DNA of 32,000 nt from Candidatus Saccharimonadota bacterium (GCA_963698035.1 OY969114.1:180001-212000), one strand, 5' to 3'. Shown: positions 15,617 through 24,603, numbered from the stretch's first letter. Notes: a model not told the origin generated them from the sequence alone. Translations and numbers: made by a program.

Positions 15617-16151
15617 GACCTTTGCGGAGAGCTCGCTCTGCTGTGAGCACGTCCGACATGTCTATCGTGTAGACGTAGAGGGGCTCCTCCCCGATTATCC
15701 TCTCAAGGACGAAGGTCTCTGGGAAGTTCAGCGTGGTGGTGAATTCCATCTTCACTGCGGCCTGCCCGACGCCGAACTTGCCTATCTCGCCCTTTATGAA
15801 GTCGGAGAAGTTGAGCGAGCCCTGCAGGTAATTCATGAACTTCTCGAACTTTATCCTGAATATGAAAGTCGTGCCCACGTTGGAGAATATCGCCTCGTTT
15901 ATGTCCGTAGGGTTCTGCGATGCGACTATGAGCCCGAACTGGTACTTCCTGCCCTCCCTAACTATGGTTATCGCGTCGCTCTTCTCGTCGCTCGCCACCT
16001 TCCAGGCCTCGTCGAGGACGATTATCGCCTTGAGCCCCTTCGTCTCGCTCCAGCCCTCTCCCCTCATCTTCTCCTTCATCGTCTGCAGTATGAACAGCGC
16101 GGCCAGCGCCCTGAACTTCTCATCGGGCAGCCCGGATAGGTCTATGTCCAC
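15609..16151 (-). CDS. VirB4/TrbE/HerA-type ATPase, C-terminal fragment (Walker B onward)
   Basis: It reads (V)DIDLSGLPDEKFRALAALFILQ...KAIIVLDEAWKVASDEKSDAITIVREGRKYQFGLIVASQNPTDI. Walker B IIVLDEAW lies at 16002-16025. The frame is open upstream of the GTG at 16151 (..RLAKSGLVDIDLSG) and joins ORF 16142..16885 by a 1-nt frame change near 16167-16168. Confidence 0.8.
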   Translation of the reverse strand: MDIDLSGLPDEKFRALAALFILQTMKEKMRGEGWSETKGLKAIIVLDEAWKVASDEKSDAITIVREGRKYQFGLIVASQNPTDINEAIFSNVGTTFIFRIKFEKFMNYLQGSLNFSDFIKGEIGKFGVGQAAVKMEFTTTLNFPETFVLERIIGEEPLYVYTIDMSDVLTAERALRKGHG

Positions 16152-16885
16152 GAGGCCGGACTTCGCCAGTCGCCGAGGTCGAGCGTGCTCTTCCTTGCGA
16201 AGTAGTCCTCACCCTCCCGTGCGAACTGCCTGAGCCTGTATATCGCGTTCTCGAGCTCCGCCGGATATTCGTAGGTGCCCTCCTGGAGCTTCTCCTGCAG
16301 GAGCGCTATCACCTCATTGAGCGTGGGCGGCTCCTTAGACGCTACAGGCGTCTCGTAGAGTATGAAGCCTGCGTTGGCGTAGGACTGCTCTATAGCCTCC
16401 TCGGTAATCCTGCGCTGCTCGGGATAGAGCGATATGTCCGTGAGTATGTCCAGTGAGTTCATTATCTGCTTCGTCCTGTCGAGCGGCTTCATTCCCGATA
16501 GGTCAATCATGTTTAGGTAATCGCCCTTCGCGAGCGAGACCACCTTGCCCCTCGTCTGCTTGACCCAGGCCTTGTACTCCCCGGCCCAGTCTATGATTAT
16601 CGCGTTGGTATTCCAAATGTAGCTCGCGCGCCTTATCAGCGTCTTTACGAAGAAGCTCTTTCCCGCGCCGGTTATGCCCACAACCGCTATGTGCGGATTG
16701 GTGATATTTATGAAAGACCAGCTGAACGGAATCTTGAATATGTTAGTGTTGCCTATGTATATTGCCTCGAAGGGATTGCTTATCAGTACGCTTGCCGGCG
16801 GCTCTGGAGGCCTCGAGAGGAAAGCCCTCTTGGCCACCTCGTTGCTCATTATGCTCTGGAACTTTAGCTGTGTCATCGAAACCAC
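16142..16885 (-). CDS. VirB4/TrbE/HerA-type ATPase, N-terminal fragment of the P-loop domain (Walker A)
   Basis: It reads NPHIAVVGITGAGKSFFVKTLIRRASYIWNTNAIIIDWAGEYKAWV. Walker A GITGAGKS lies at 16655-16678, verified on the DNA. The region ...NMIDLSGMKPLD...PTLNEVIALLQ... follows, typical of the VirB4/TraC/DUF87 clade. The likely real start is ATG 16876 (MTQLKF), 26 nt from a TATA centre. Confidence 0.8.
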   Translation of the reverse strand: MVSMTQLKFQSIMSNEVAKRAFLSRPPEPPASVLISNPFEAIYIGNTNIFKIPFSWSFINITNPHIAVVGITGAGKSFFVKTLIRRASYIWNTNAIIIDWAGEYKAWVKQTRGKVVSLAKGDYLNMIDLSGMKPLDRTKQIMNSLDILTDISLYPEQRRITEEAIEQSYANAGFILYETPVASKEPPTLNEVIALLQEKLQEGTYEYPAELENAIYRLRQFAREGEDYFARKSTLDLGDWRSPASWT

Positions 16886-16897
16886 TCAAATCTTAAA

Positions 16898-16906
16898 TTT
16901 TTATAA
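16898..16906 (-). promoter_or_regulatory. TATA box (TTATAAAAA on the minus strand) preceding the ATPase gene
   Basis: It lies directly after the stop (16907-16909) of the upstream gene. It is centred 26 nt upstream of ATG 16876. Confidence 0.4.
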
Positions 16907-17740
16907 CTATCCCTCTACGCTGAACTCCCTTGCAATCTCGTCGTAATTCAGTGGTATGGCGAAGTTGAACCTAAATAGCAGATAGAGTTCCCTCCCTGCA
17001 ATCCTCGAAAGCTGCAGGTTGAGCGAGCTCATCGCGATCTGGAGCTGCTTTATCTGCAGGGATAGCGCGTCGAGCGACGCCTTCTCGCTGACGCCCACAG
17101 CGGTTGTTTCGAAGTACATAATCGATGATATCGGCTTCTCGCCAGCGGATATCCTGTCTATCTTCGCCTGTATTACGCTGATCTTCCTGCGTATGTCGGT
17201 GATGGCTGCCTCGGTGGAGGCCTTCTCGTTCTGCAGGGTCCTTGAGAGCTGGAACTCCTGATAGCTTCTCCTGCCCTCCAGATCATCCCTTATCTTCTGT
17301 GAGTCCCTACCCACGGAGAGGACGTGGAACTTGAACGGGAACGATATGCTCATGACCGCCCTCTCCCAGTTCTCCGGCGCAAGGGTCATCTTTTCCTCGA
17401 CATCCAATTCAATCTCCTCTTCCTTGAAGGAGTACGAGAAGAGATTGCCGGTTACAAAGCCCGTCGCGTAGAAGAGACCGTTGACGTCCTTCACCACAGC
17501 GTCCTGCCTCTTGACTATCGTGTAGTCCTTCGCAGGCTGGAAGGTTATGCCTAAGATACTGGCGAAAAGCGGGAATATGATGAAGTCTGCCCAGTTCAGC
17601 GCGAGTATCAGGCCGAGGGCCAGGAGGGTGAAGAAGAGCGCGGCGAGATCCCAGCCCTTGCCAAAAGAACCTATGCTCGCAAGCACTATGAATATTGCAA
17701 TCAACGAAAGCGCAAGATAAACTATGTCGGTATCATCCAC
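16907..17740 (-). CDS. Membrane protein (2-3 N-terminal TM helices) with a VirB4-N-terminal-domain-like soluble part, paralog 2
   Basis: The TM helices are IVYLALSLIAIFIVLASIG, AALFFTLLALGLILALNWADFIIFPLFASIL. Then comes YTIVKRQDAVVKDVNGLFYATGFVTGNLFSY...MSISFPFKFHVLSVGRD..., a coiled segment, ...MYFETTAVGVSEKASLDALSLQIKQLQIAMSSLNLQLSRIAGRELYLLFRFNF. It has the same architecture as 17740..18582. The GTG start overlaps the upstream stop by 1 nt. Confidence 0.5.
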   Translation of the reverse strand: MDDTDIVYLALSLIAIFIVLASIGSFGKGWDLAALFFTLLALGLILALNWADFIIFPLFASILGITFQPAKDYTIVKRQDAVVKDVNGLFYATGFVTGNLFSYSFKEEEIELDVEEKMTLAPENWERAVMSISFPFKFHVLSVGRDSQKIRDDLEGRRSYQEFQLSRTLQNEKASTEAAITDIRRKISVIQAKIDRISAGEKPISSIMYFETTAVGVSEKASLDALSLQIKQLQIAMSSLNLQLSRIAGRELYLLFRFNFAIPLNYDEIAREFSVEG

Positions 17741-18582
17741 TATACCACCTCCCGCTCTGTCTTCTGTTCTATCTCGGTAGTGATTGTTGAGAACGGAGCC
17801 ATCTGCTCAGGGTCGACGAACTTGAGTATGTCCCTGCCGGTCACTACGCTGGGGGTTACCCCGAAGGTCGTGCTGATTCCGGATATCACCTCGCGTGCCT
17901 TCTGCTGCACCATGCTTACGGCCTCGTACTCCTTCGAGCCCGCCGCTGATATGGCTGCATATGATATGAGCTCTATGGACGGAGCCCTGCTGGAGCTCTC
18001 AAGCACATTCCTCCACATCGCAATCTTGCCCCTTGCTACGTCGAGTGCAGCACCCGGATTCGCGCTCTGCAACAGCTGCGACTCCTCATTCTCGGCGGCG
18101 CTCATCGCGTCCCTGAGCGTCTGTATGTATGAGTCCTTGTTCATCATGTAGAGCTCAGCGGTGAACCTTATCGGGTCCGAGCTTATCCCTACGAGGCGGC
18201 TCACCTGCCTTGAGAAGTCTATCTTCTCTTCGTCGCTCATCTCTGTAGCAGACCTGTATGTCGGTATGCTTATGTAGGCAGTGGCGACGTACTCTCCTTT
18301 CTCCCTCTTGATTATCGAGTCGTCAGAGGAGGAGAGCCAGTAGGGCTCCTCGACGCTGATTATTATATTCCTGCGCCGCTGCTTTAACATCGGTATTATG
18401 AGGTAGGAATAGCGCCTTGAAGAGAACGCAATGACGTCGAAGATTAGGGCTACAATCAGCACCACGAGCTTTGCAGGATACGGCAGTATATATGTCGGAA
18501 GGGTGATTGCGATGCCGATAAGCGCTACCGAGACCGCAAGGAAGCCTAGAAGTATGAATATCTTGGGGTCCATCCAAGCCAC
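17740..18582 (-). CDS. Membrane protein (VirB3-like 2-TM N-terminus) with a VirB4-N-terminal-domain-like soluble part, paralog 1
   Basis: The TM helices are IFILLGFLAVSVALIGIAITL and LVVLIVALIFDVIAF. Then comes IIISVEEPYWLSSSDDSIIKREKGEYVATAYISIPTYRSATEMSDEEKIDFSRQVSRLVGISSDPIRFTAELYMMNKD...ISYAAISAAGSKEYEAVSMVQQKAREVISGISTTFGVTPSVVTGRDILKFVDP. This matches the pattern of VirB4/TrbE N-domains: a 'went to X, got Y' beta segment, a substrate-count helix and a terminal helical segment. That reading is an inference. The start is GTG 18582 or ATG 18573. Confidence 0.5.
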   Translation of the reverse strand: MAWMDPKIFILLGFLAVSVALIGIAITLPTYILPYPAKLVVLIVALIFDVIAFSSRRYSYLIIPMLKQRRRNIIISVEEPYWLSSSDDSIIKREKGEYVATAYISIPTYRSATEMSDEEKIDFSRQVSRLVGISSDPIRFTAELYMMNKDSYIQTLRDAMSAAENEESQLLQSANPGAALDVARGKIAMWRNVLESSSRAPSIELISYAAISAAGSKEYEAVSMVQQKAREVISGISTTFGVTPSVVTGRDILKFVDPEQMAPFSTITTEIEQKTEREVV

Positions 18583-18604
18583 TCTTTTGTATACCCTATC
18601 AATC

Positions 18605-18612
18605 TATTTATA
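18605..18612 (-). promoter_or_regulatory. TATA box (TATAAATA on the minus strand) preceding 17740..18582
   Basis: It is the same octamer as the tRNA-Cys promoter. It is centred 26-27 nt upstream of GTG 18582 and lies just after the stop of 18618..19727. Confidence 0.45.
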
Positions 18613-18617
18613 GCTTT

Positions 18618-19727
18618 TCAGACGAGCCCCCTGGCGCTGCTTAGGCTCCTGCTTGCGCCGCCTATGAAGTTGGCAATCTGGGTTATGAAGGCGTAGGTTA
18701 TCGCGATTATCAAGGCGGGATAGAACAGCACAAGCAACCAGAACGAGCTTAGCGCGGATTGCGCTTGGCCCACCGCGAGAACCAGCGGCGATGAGGGGCT
18801 GAGGGCGTTCTGCTCGGCCCCTGTTCCGGCACCCCACCTGTTCAGCTGGGCGGCCGAATTGGCGAGCCCCTGCAGCAGGGTGGGCGAAGTGAAATAGTAG
18901 GCTATCGCGAAAAGCGACGGCATTACAAGATAGAAGCCTATCCCTATCGCTATGAGCATGCCGCCCAGCGCCCTGGTGGGGAGGATCGCCCTGAATACAA
19001 CACCGGGCACCAAAAAGACGGGTATCGCTGTCACCGAGAAGAATATTAGGATGTAGTACTGGCTGTAGAGGGCGGCGGTGCCATCGAGGACTAGCTGGCC
19101 GAGCGTGGTCGCGGGCAGTATGAATAGCAGCTCCAGCGGGTAGGCGGTTACGGAGCCGGGGCCTATGAAGTCGCCGATAAAGTTGCTATAGTCTACGCCG
19201 AGTATCTGGAGCGTTACCGATGGGCTTATATAGAAGCTGTCCACAAGCACGATCTGGTACATCGAGGCGTAGAGCTGCTGTGCCTGCCCTATCGTCGACA
19301 TTATGAGGTTTATCGCTGTTGCGTATGGGTTTATGCCGCCGACCGTTATGGCGGGTATCAGCCCGAACACCACCGCGCATATGAACAGGAAGAAACCCAC
19401 TATTAGCGTGCTTGCTATCGCCTCGTAGAGCTCACCGAGTCCGAAATTCCTTACCTGGTCACTCTTCATCGCCGCCCCAATCATGAAAATCAGGCCAGCG
19501 ATGGTGAAGGCGAGGAGCAGCACTGCGAATACGAAAGGCAGCTCTTGGGACCAGACAGCGTATATCTGCCCATTTATCGGGCAGTACCACGGCGCAGATG
19601 TTGTCAGCTGCTGCGCTAGGGTCGCGGGGAGCAGACCGCACTGACTTGCCGAAGAGGCGCTTGGAATACCTGTGACTAGAAGGACGGCCAGAAGCGATGC
19701 GATTGCGATAGTTTTTATCATCACCAC
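18618..19727 (-). CDS. Polytopic membrane protein, member 6 of 6 of a tandem paralog family (candidate VirB6/TrbL/CedA-like subunit)
   Basis: It has a signal-like N-terminus and then multiple TM helices. The family motifs are LIFMIGAAMKSDQVRNFGLGELYE; FRAILPTRALGGMLIAIGIGFYLVMP; and the C-terminal IANFIGGASRSLSSARGLV. Confidence 0.7.
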   Translation of the reverse strand: MVMIKTIAIASLLAVLLVTGIPSASSASQCGLLPATLAQQLTTSAPWYCPINGQIYAVWSQELPFVFAVLLLAFTIAGLIFMIGAAMKSDQVRNFGLGELYEAIASTLIVGFFLFICAVVFGLIPAITVGGINPYATAINLIMSTIGQAQQLYASMYQIVLVDSFYISPSVTLQILGVDYSNFIGDFIGPGSVTAYPLELLFILPATTLGQLVLDGTAALYSQYYILIFFSVTAIPVFLVPGVVFRAILPTRALGGMLIAIGIGFYLVMPSLFAIAYYFTSPTLLQGLANSAAQLNRWGAGTGAEQNALSPSSPLVLAVGQAQSALSSFWLLVLFYPALIIAITYAFITQIANFIGGASRSLSSARGLV

Positions 19728-19729
19728 AC

Positions 19730-20821
19730 CTAAGCGAGCCCCGTGAGCATCTGCAGGAAGTTTATCTCCTCACCTATAGACTTTGAGAAGTCACGTATAA
19801 AAGCATCAAGTATTATGAAGTTGAGGAATGGTATGAAGGTCAGCCCCCCGATTATGAAGCCGACCTGCTGTATGAATTGTGGGTTGAATATGATGAGGGC
19901 GCCCAATCCGGATCCGAACTGGCCTGAGATGCTGGCGATGAGTATGGTGATGAGCGATTGGAGTAGATTCCCCACCATCTGCACCACATTGAGCCCGCCT
20001 AGCGCAGCTATCTGCACGTTTATGTAGCCGTAGGTTATCGCGACCAGCAGGGGGTATACAAGACCTAGGCCTAGGCCGAAGGCGATCATCGCGCCTCCGA
20101 ACGTCCTGGTTATCCCGAAGCTCCTCGCAACCAGTCCGACCGTGACGAAGAAGGCGAGGAAGAGGAGCGAGCCGGCTATCAGTATAACCTGAAGCTGGTT
20201 GAGCATGAGCATGAAGAATGAGGCACTGAAGGCGACCGATAGTAGCTGCTCCTCCGACGTCGGTAATATGTCGTCTATGCCGAAGCCTACGCCGAGTGCT
20301 GTGGACTGGAACCCCGGGACTGCGACCTTGATGGTTATCCCAGGGCTCACGCCGGCGAAGAAAGATACGAGAAAGAGCGTCTGCACCAATGTGTTTGCGT
20401 TGCCGCTGAATATCCCTATGTCGCATTCGGAGAGTGAGTAAAGCGTTGTGGCACCAGTGCACGGGCCTGGCACCAAGTTGAGCGACTGGAAGGCTCCCTG
20501 CGGACTGAGGAAGAATAGATAGGCGAATGCAGCGAAGATGAGTAGCAGCACAATTGAGATCAGTGCGTCATAAACCTGGCCCAGCGCCCAGCTCCTTGCA
20601 TTGAAGCTCCCGGCGAGGCCGCTGAGCATGTAGACTAACGCGGCTATCACGATTATCAGCATGACCCCAAGGAATGCGATGCCCACCCAGTTGGCTGGGT
20701 TTAGAGGAAGCGTGTTGGAAGGATCCGATGCGGCGTATGCTAGAGGCATTGTCGCAAGCATAAACACTATCATTATCACGGCCGAAATGGCAATCTTGCG
20801 GTTCCTTGTAATGTTCATCAT
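19730..20821 (-). CDS. Polytopic membrane protein, member 5 of 6 of the tandem paralog family
   Basis: The family motifs are LVYMLSGLAGSFNARSWALGQVYD; VARSFGITRTFGGAMIAFGLGLGLVYP; and the C-terminal FSKSIGEEINFLQMLTGLA. The start overlaps the upstream stop (ATGA, 20818-20821). Confidence 0.7.
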   Translation of the reverse strand: MMNITRNRKIAISAVIMIVFMLATMPLAYAASDPSNTLPLNPANWVGIAFLGVMLIIVIAALVYMLSGLAGSFNARSWALGQVYDALISIVLLLIFAAFAYLFFLSPQGAFQSLNLVPGPCTGATTLYSLSECDIGIFSGNANTLVQTLFLVSFFAGVSPGITIKVAVPGFQSTALGVGFGIDDILPTSEEQLLSVAFSASFFMLMLNQLQVILIAGSLLFLAFFVTVGLVARSFGITRTFGGAMIAFGLGLGLVYPLLVAITYGYINVQIAALGGLNVVQMVGNLLQSLITILIASISGQFGSGLGALIIFNPQFIQQVGFIIGGLTFIPFLNFIILDAFIRDFSKSIGEEINFLQMLTGLA

Positions 20822-21930
20822 AACAACTTGTTGAGCGACTGCTTGGAATTTAGGCTGGGGGCGCCGAGGAGGTCTCCCGCGGCTTCCATGAAGTCAAACG
20901 ATATTATGAACGAGAAGAGAACGCAGAAGACTGCGTAGAAGTTCTGCGCGAAAAGCCCCACCAGGAAGAGTAGGAGCTGCGCTGGATCAAAGACTGAGAG
21001 GAACGATGACATAATCGCGAATATCACGCCGAAGTTCGATGCATTCCCCAATATGTCGCTTGAGAAGCTACTGAGCGGGGTGCCTGGCGGGACGTTCGGG
21101 ATCGCAGACGCCGAGGCGGCCGCCAGCATGAAGTGCAGTAGTATCGGGAAGACCATGTAGAACGCTATGAACATGCCCAAAAACGCACCGCCTGCGGCTC
21201 TCGTCCAAGGCAGCGTCCTAAGTATTATGCCGGCGAAGAGGAAGAGCGGCATTATGGCGTAGAATACCCCGAGTATGATGGAGACCGCAATAAGGAGGCC
21301 TGCCAGCCCGCCTAGCGCTGAAAGTAGCATGCTGATAGGGGCATTGGCTGTGGACAGGCCTGCGAAGGGTGAGAAGGTCACTCCGAAATTATAGGGCATT
21401 ATACTTATTTTTAGCGAGCTAATCAGGGCCTGTATGTCCTGTGCTACAGCTAGGTCTATGTAGTAGCTGAATATTTGAACAGCTGGCGTGGTCAGGATGG
21501 AGCAGTCGTTGAAGAAGACGTTGTAATTGTATGCCCCCGCTGCAGATAATATTTTGGGTGCAGTGAACGAGCTTGCGGTGGCGAAGCTGCCTACAAAGAT
21601 GAGGACCACGAGCACGGTCACAAATATCTCCCCGAATTCCTGCTTGCTGAAGTTTACGAGCTTGTTCACCTTGGCGGAGTACCCTATCATGTAGATGAGG
21701 GCGGCTATCAATGCCATTACCAGCAGGATGAGCAGGGATATACCGAGTATGCCGCTCAAGGAAGTGTAGTTGCCGAGCGGCGTCAGTGATGTGAGAGGTA
21801 TCGCTGCGGAGCAGAAACTGCTGGTATAGTCTGCTGTGGGGGATGACACCGCCAGTATCGTGAACATGACTACCGTCAGCACCGCGACCTTTGCGAATCC
21901 TATGTTCATCTTTTTAGACATGTAGATCAT
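20818..21930 (-). CDS. Polytopic membrane protein, member 4 of 6 of the tandem paralog family
   Basis: The family motifs are LIYMIGYSAKVNKLVNFSKQEFGE; ILRTLPWTRAAGGAFLGMFIAFYMVFP; and the C-terminal AAGDLLGAPSLNSKQSLNKLL. There is a 4-nt start/stop overlap with the upstream gene (21927-21930). Confidence 0.7.
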   Translation of the reverse strand: MIYMSKKMNIGFAKVAVLTVVMFTILAVSSPTADYTSSFCSAAIPLTSLTPLGNYTSLSGILGISLLILLVMALIAALIYMIGYSAKVNKLVNFSKQEFGEIFVTVLVVLIFVGSFATASSFTAPKILSAAGAYNYNVFFNDCSILTTPAVQIFSYYIDLAVAQDIQALISSLKISIMPYNFGVTFSPFAGLSTANAPISMLLSALGGLAGLLIAVSIILGVFYAIMPLFLFAGIILRTLPWTRAAGGAFLGMFIAFYMVFPILLHFMLAAASASAIPNVPPGTPLSSFSSDILGNASNFGVIFAIMSSFLSVFDPAQLLLFLVGLFAQNFYAVFCVLFSFIISFDFMEAAGDLLGAPSLNSKQSLNKLL

Positions 21931-23426
21931 ATCAGCCTGCTTAGGCCTGCAAGCGAGGTGTCACCGCCGAGAAGGCTCGAAAGCCCCAGTATGGCAGAGA
22001 GGGTTATAAGTATGTCAAGTATCGGAAGGAGATATCCGCTTACTCCGTATATAGCGTACATGTCGACGTATGCGAAGATAAGGGCGGTCTGCTGCTGGAG
22101 CAGGCTGCCCTGGGAGAGAGAGCCGCACTGATAGGGTAGATATATTACCGGGATGCTGCTCACAAATGAGCCTGTCATCGCACTGAGTACATCATACAAC
22201 GGCGCACCTGGGATCCAGAAGAAGGCTATGTCTGCCGCTTCGGCGTCGAGCGCGCCGGCGGTATTGCCGTTAGGAGGCCAGCAGTAATAATAATTGGCTA
22301 TCGTCTGGACGCTGGGAAAGACGTAGAAGTTGGGGATATACGGCGGGCACTGCGGGGAGCCGCCAGAGGTGTACTGGCTTCCGCAGCCGTTTTCAGGGAG
22401 GTAAGTAAACGAGCTGCTCGGCAGGCCGTTGAATCCGTAAATCGAGCTTATGCTGCCTGGGCCGCTGAAGACATTGCCGAATGTTGCAAGGTTGCCCAGC
22501 CCGTTGCCCAACGTTAGGTACTGTATCGCAAAAATCACAGGGTAGAAGAATACAGCACCTATAGCGACAGCTATGAAGAGACCGCCGAGCTTCCTTGTGA
22601 TGAAATTAGACCTGAGCAGCAGCCCCACGAATATCAAGTAGGGCCACACGAACAGGAATATAGTGATGAACGAGAGTTGTATTATGAAAGAGTAGAGGGA
22701 GCTGGTCAGCAGTATGCCGAGTGATGCCATGGAAGCGAAGAGGAAGGAGAAACCCGCATAGGGCGTATACGAGACAGAGAGGAAGAAAGCTGGCGGCGGC
22801 TCGGGGATGGGGGTTATGCACTGCCAGCTGTTGGGTATGCTATCAATGCAGATGCCGAACGTCGGCGCCAGATGCGCAAGGAATCCTATGAAGCTGTCGA
22901 CAACGAAGAAGCTGTTGATATTGGTGGCCGATTGATATGTGAGGTTCTCAAGCACGACTCCTGATGCGGCGAGCGGGTAATCTATCTCTGAGGTAATATA
23001 GTCCGTGGCCGTCCCACCCACAACCGGGCAGAGCAGGGCGGAGAAGCCGCCGCTACTCAGTACTCCAATAGGGGTCTGCGTACCGCTGGCTGCCTCTGCC
23101 TCTATGCTGGAGCACATGCTGCTTATTGCAGTCTGGCTGAGCAGCTTTGTGTTGTTCAGCGTGGTCTGGAAGAATCCACCAAAGGTGACGAGCGCGAAGG
23201 TTATTATGGCGATAAGTATTGCGGTGCCTATCAGCTGGTAGAACTCTGACCTTGCTGACTGCCTGACTGCGGGGTTGCCGAGCACATAGCCGAACATGTA
23301 CCATATAGTTACTATCGCAGCGTCGACAAGGAGCGCGGCCAGTATGAGCGGGATAAGAGTGAGCTGAGTCTGGGAGAAGCCCGTCACGCTCTGCAGAACA
23401 ATTGCAAACATTGTTGGTGGTATCAT
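21927..23426 (-). CDS. Polytopic membrane protein, member 3 of 6 of the tandem paralog family, with enlarged Cys-containing extracytoplasmic loops
   Basis: The family motifs are IWYMFGYVLGNPAVRQSARSEFYQ; LLRSNFITRKLGGLFIAVAIGAVFFYP; and the C-terminal LSSLLGGDTSLAGLSRLI. Its insertions include ICIDSIPNSWQCITPIPEPPP and ENGCGSQYTSGGSPQCPPYIPN...YYYCWPPNG. Confidence 0.7.
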   Translation of the reverse strand: MIPPTMFAIVLQSVTGFSQTQLTLIPLILAALLVDAAIVTIWYMFGYVLGNPAVRQSARSEFYQLIGTAILIAIITFALVTFGGFFQTTLNNTKLLSQTAISSMCSSIEAEAASGTQTPIGVLSSGGFSALLCPVVGGTATDYITSEIDYPLAASGVVLENLTYQSATNINSFFVVDSFIGFLAHLAPTFGICIDSIPNSWQCITPIPEPPPAFFLSVSYTPYAGFSFLFASMASLGILLTSSLYSFIIQLSFITIFLFVWPYLIFVGLLLRSNFITRKLGGLFIAVAIGAVFFYPVIFAIQYLTLGNGLGNLATFGNVFSGPGSISSIYGFNGLPSSSFTYLPENGCGSQYTSGGSPQCPPYIPNFYVFPSVQTIANYYYCWPPNGNTAGALDAEAADIAFFWIPGAPLYDVLSAMTGSFVSSIPVIYLPYQCGSLSQGSLLQQQTALIFAYVDMYAIYGVSGYLLPILDILITLSAILGLSSLLGGDTSLAGLSRLI

Positions 23427-23433
23427 GAAATCA

Positions 23434-24603
23434 CTATAGGTTGGACCAGAGTGGGGTTGCCCCCTCCAAGCCTGCGTTCAGGGCCTTGTAGAGGCCGGCT
23501 GCAAATGCTACCGTTACGAGTATGTCCATCACGAAGAGGAACACTGCTATGAACATGAACTGGGCCATGGAGTTGATGAGCGAGCTTATCTGCGCGAAGG
23601 CAGTGAACGGGTCGAGCGCGGGCAGGCCAATCGTCAACGCGCTGTTCAGTAGTGAGCCTATAGCCGGCGAGTTTATGAGTATGCCACTACCGAGGTTTAT
23701 CTGCGAGGAGCCCAGGCTTGAGAACTCCTGCGGGGAGAGGGAACCGACGGTGTACGAAGGCAAGTACTGCGCAGCGGGGTTTATCGAGCCGAAGCAGTTC
23801 GACTGGCCGTATATCCAGCTGACTATGCAGGGGCTGAACGAGATTATGAGCGGGTAGATTATGTATGCCGCTATCGCTATCGCGAGCAGAGAATTGGCGG
23901 CCTGACGGAGCCCTGAGCCGGCAGACGCGTAGGCTATAGACCTCATCGCTATGGCGATTGGCAGGACTATCACGAATGCGGTCGCCTGTATCACGGGTAT
24001 TGAAAGCCACTGGATGAATAGCATTCCCAGAGCGGTCACTATTAGGGGGGCGAAAACCGTAAGGAAGAGGCTCCCCAGTATGCCGTAGAATACGCCGAGG
24101 TCGAATCCTAAGGGGAACGAGACCTGCACGACTCCCCCAAGCGTTGGAGTCTTTAATAATCCCCCTATATAGCCAGAGCCAGCGGCGAGTAGGTTGGAGT
24201 CTATAGAATAGTCTATCGAGAGGGCGTATACGTTGGTTAGCAGGCTGAGCCCTGTGTTGAAGGTGAGGTTTCCTATGTAGAAGTCTGCAAAATGGAACGG
24301 GTCCAGACTGCTGCCTGTTACAGATTGGCTTATCACTGTAGAGACGTTGCACGCCCCCGCAGCAACAGCGATAAGCGCTGTTATTATGATGGCCGAGATT
24401 ATCAGCTCAAATATTTCTACCCTCGTTATGCTGCTTATCTTGCCCGCTACATTGGCGGGCATGAACCTTGAAAGCATGTAGACAAAGGCGATTATTGAGA
24501 ATCCTGCGAGTATGATAAGGTAGTTTATTCCGAGCCAGCCCGTGGCGTAGCCGGAGCCGCCGTACAGGGCGCAGGCGTTTATTCCTAATTGTCCTACTGC
24601 CAT
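23434..24603 (-). CDS. Polytopic membrane protein, member 2 of 6 of the tandem paralog family (most divergent)
   Basis: The family motifs are FVYMLSRFMPANVAGKISSITRVEIFE; a degenerate central motif AMRSIAYASAGSGLRQAANSLLAIAIAAYIIYP; and the C-terminal LYKALNAGLEGATPLWSNL. The junction with the upstream gene is TAGTGATATTATG, so the stop overlaps a GTGAT SD-like element. Confidence 0.65.
   Translation of the reverse strand: MAVGQLGINACALYGGSGYATGWLGINYLIILAGFSIIAFVYMLSRFMPANVAGKISSITRVEIFELIISAIIITALIAVAAGACNVSTVISQSVTGSSLDPFHFADFYIGNLTFNTGLSLLTNVYALSIDYSIDSNLLAAGSGYIGGLLKTPTLGGVVQVSFPLGFDLGVFYGILGSLFLTVFAPLIVTALGMLFIQWLSIPVIQATAFVIVLPIAIAMRSIAYASAGSGLRQAANSLLAIAIAAYIIYPLIISFSPCIVSWIYGQSNCFGSINPAAQYLPSYTVGSLSPQEFSSLGSSQINLGSGILINSPAIGSLLNSALTIGLPALDPFTAFAQISSLINSMAQFMFIAVFLFVMDILVTVAFAAGLYKALNAGLEGATPLWSNL

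Noticed and set aside
16142-16200. Programmed ribosomal frameshifting to join the two ATPase ORFs.
   Set aside because: There is no slippery heptamer or stimulatory stop/SD arrangement at the junction (..GGC GAC TGG CGA AGT..). An indel, real or artefactual, is the simpler explanation.
19806-20462. Same-strand alternative-frame ORFs inside the membrane-paralog genes (19806..20462, 23687..24352, 18604..18837, 24675..24899).
   Set aside because: Their translations are Arg/His/Pro-rich nonsense typical of out-of-frame reading of hydrophobic-protein genes. The overlapping main frames carry the conserved family motifs.
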